Below, piece by piece: positions 61,060 through 64,000 of a stretch of 64,000 nucleotides of DNA (its first letter is position 1; each line of letters opens with the position of its first letter). The DNA lies in contig NC_135823.1 of assembly GCF_964213995.1 (NCBI RefSeq), positions 496,001-560,000 of the forward strand, in the 5' to 3' direction. Under the pieces are notes generated by a model. That model searched no databases. It saw only the letters and a program-made list of their open reading frames with translations, and was not told the DNA's origin. The DNA comes from Mustelus asterias. Taxonomy: Eukaryota. The position numbers were made by a program, and so were the translations under genes.

Positions 61060-63880
61060 AGCTCAAATGGCAGGTATGATGTGGTAGGCATCACAGAGAC
61101 GTGGTTGCAGGAGGTTCAGGACTGGCAGTTAAACATCCAGGGATTCACAACCTATCGAAAAGACAGAGAGGTGGGTAGAGGGGGCGGGGTTGCCTTGTTA
61201 ATTAGAAATGAAATTAAATCAATAGCACTAAACGACATAGGGTCAGACGATGTGGAGTCTGTGTGGGTAGAGTTGAGGAACCACAAAGGCAAAAAAACCA
61301 TAATGGGAGTTATGTACAGGCCTCCTGACAGTGGTCAGGACCAGGGGCACAAAATGCACCACGAAATAGAAAGGGCATGTCAGAAAGGCAAGGTCACAGT
61401 GATCATGGGGGATTTCAATATGCAGGTGGACTGGGTAAATAATGTTGCCAGTGGACCCAAAGAAAGGGAATTCATTGAATGTTTACAGGATGGCTTTTTG
61501 GAACAGCTTGTGATGGAGCCCACGAGGGAACAGGCTATTCTGGACTTAGTGTTATGTAATGAGCCAGACGTGATAAAATATCTTAAAGTAAGGGAACACT
61601 TAGGAAGCAGTGATCATAATATGGTAGAATTCAGTCTGCAATTTGAAAGAAGGAAGGCAGAATCAGATGTGAAGGTTCTACAGTTAAATAAAGGTAATTA
61701 CAGGCGCATGAATGAGGAACTGACAAAAATCGACTGGAAGCAGAGCCTAGTGGGAAAGACAGTAGAACAGCAATGGCAGGAATTTCTGGGAGTAATTGAG
61801 GACACAGTGCAGAGGTTCATCCCAAACAAAAGAAAGGTTATCAGAGGGGGGATTAGGCAGCCATGGCTGACAAAGGAAGTCAGGGAATGCATCAAGGCAA
61901 AAGAGAGAGCCTCTAATGTGGCAAAGAGTAGTGGGAAGTCAGAAGATTGGGAAGGCTATAAAAACAAACAGGATAACAAAGAGAGAAATAAGGAAGGAGA
62001 GGATCAAATATGAAGGTAGGCTAGCCAGTAACATTAGGAATGATAGTAAAAGTTTCTTTAAATACATTAAAAACAAACGGGAGGCAAAAGTAGACATTGG
62101 GCCGCTCCAAAATGACGCTGGTAATCTAGTGATGGGAGACAAGGAAATAGCTGAGGAACTTAATAAGTACTTTGCGTCAGTCTTCACAGTAGAAGACATG
62201 AGTAATATCCCAACAATTCAGGAAAGTCAGGGGGCAGAGTTGAATATGGTTGCCATCACAAAGGAGAAAGTGCTAGAGAAACTAAAAGGTCTGAAAATTG
62301 ATAAATCTCCAGGCCGAGATGGGCTACATCCTAGAGTTCTAAAGGAGATAGCTGAAGAAATAGTGGAGGCGTTAGTTATGATCTTTCAAAAGTCACTGGA
62401 GTCAGGGAAAGTCCCAGAGGATTGGAAAATCGCTGTTGTACCCCCACTGTTCAAGAAGGGAACAAGAAAAAAGATGGAAAATTATAGGCCAATTAGCCTA
62501 ACCTCAGTTGTTGGCAAAATTCTAGAATCCACCGTTAAGGATGAGATTTCTAAATTCTTGGAAGTGCAGGGTCGGATTAGGACAAGTCAGTATGGATTCA
62601 GTAAGGGGAGGTCGTGCCTGACAAACCTGTTAGAGTTCTTTGAAGAGATAACAAATAGGTTAGACCAAGGAGAGCCAATGGATGTTATCTATCTTGACTT
62701 CCAAAAGGCCTTTGACAAGGTGCCTCACGGGAGACTGCTGAGTAAAATAAGGGCCCATGGTATTCGAGGCAAGGTCCTAACATGGATTGACGATTGGCTG
62801 TCAGACAGAAGGCAGAGAGTTGGGATAAAAGGTTCTTTTTCAGAATGGCAACCGGTGACAAGTGGTGTCCCGCAGGGTTCAGTGTTGGGGCCACAGCTGT
62901 TCTCTTTATATATTAACGATCTAGATGACGGGACTGGGGGCATTCTGGCCAAGTTTGCCGATGATACAAAGATAGGTGGAGGGGCAGGTAGTATTGAGGA
63001 GGTGGGGAGGCTGCAGAAAGATTTAGACAGTTGAGGAGAGTGGTCCAAGAAGTGGCTGATGAAATTCAACGTGGGCAAGTGCGAGGTCTTGCACTTTGGA
63101 AAAAAGAATAGAGGCATGGACTATTTTCTAAACGGTGACAATATTCATAATGCTAAAGTGCAAAGGGACTTGGGAGTCCTAGTCCAGGATTCTCTAAAGG
63201 TAAACTTGCAGGTTGAGTCCGTAATTAAGAAAGCAAATGTAATGTTGCCATTTATCTCAAGAGGCTTGGAATACAAAAGCAGGGATGTACTTCTGAGGCT
63301 TTATAGAGCACTGGTTAGGCCCCATTTGGAGTACTGTGAGCAATTTTGGGCCCCACACCTCAGGAAGGACATACTGGCACTGGAGCGGGTCCAGCGGAGA
63401 TTCACACGGATGATCCCAGGAATGGTAGGCCTGACATACGATGAACGTCTGAGGATCGTGGGATTATATTCATTGGAGTTTAGGAGGTTGAGGGGAGATC
63501 TAATAGAAACTTACAAGTTAATGAACGGCTTAGATAGGATGGACGTAGGGAAGTTGTTTCCATTAGCAGGGGAGACTAGGACGCGGGGGCACAGCCTTAG
63601 AATAAAAGGGAGTCACTTTAGAACAGAGATTAGGAGAAATTTCTTCAGCCAGAGAGTGGTAGGTCTGTGGAATTCATTGCCACAGAGGGCTGTGGAGGCC
63701 GAGTCGTTGAGCGTCTTCAAGACAGAAATTGATAAATTCTTGATTTCTCGAGGAATTAAGGGCTATGGGGAGAGAGCGGGTAAATGGAGTTGAAATCAAC
63801 CATGATTGAATGGTGGAGTGGACTCGATGGGCCGAATGGCCTTACTTCCGCTCCTATGTCTTATGGTCTTATGGTCTTAA
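61060..63880 (+). mobile_element. Young, 5'-truncated CR1 LINE with nearly intact ORF2 (APE and RT)
   Basis: ORFs 61081-62013, 61916-63034 and 63059-63793 are separated by only one frameshift and one stop; (TCTTATGG)n tail. Confidence 0.95.
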
Positions 63881-64000
63881 ATGCAGGAGTAGGTCATTCA
63901 TCCCCTCAATCCTTCCCCATCAGCAAAAAAAAATCATGGCTGATCTGAACTTTCTTTTCGTGTCCGCCCGCCTGAATGCTTGACTCCTTTCACTGTCATT

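Overview
Repeat-dense vertebrate genomic DNA, very probably shark/elasmobranch (HE1-type V-SINEs, SacSINE1-like SINEs, CR1, Rex1/Babar, Tx1 and Penelope elements), with one 409-N gap (35998-36406). Among the repeats, on the minus strand, is a small cluster of non-rearranging antigen-receptor-like IgSF genes. Gene A (5545-15506) has six exons: leader, germline-joined VJ with FGNG, C1, stalk/TM and two cytoplasmic exons. It splices in frame to 303 aa and ends in a TxYxxL (ITIM/ITSM-like) motif. Gene B (45411-52281) is a colinear paralogue with the same six exons, inactivated by a stop, frameshifts, lost splice sites and deletion of the FGxG motif. A possible third, convergent receptor tail (TVYASL) lies at about 0.9-1.2 kb. 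No RSS was found. Separately, three independent Penelope-like insertions (a family carrying hammerhead ribozyme motifs) sit at the same homologous nucleotide of three different CR1 RT copies. All exon calls and identity counts were made by eye, and most TE boundaries are approximate.
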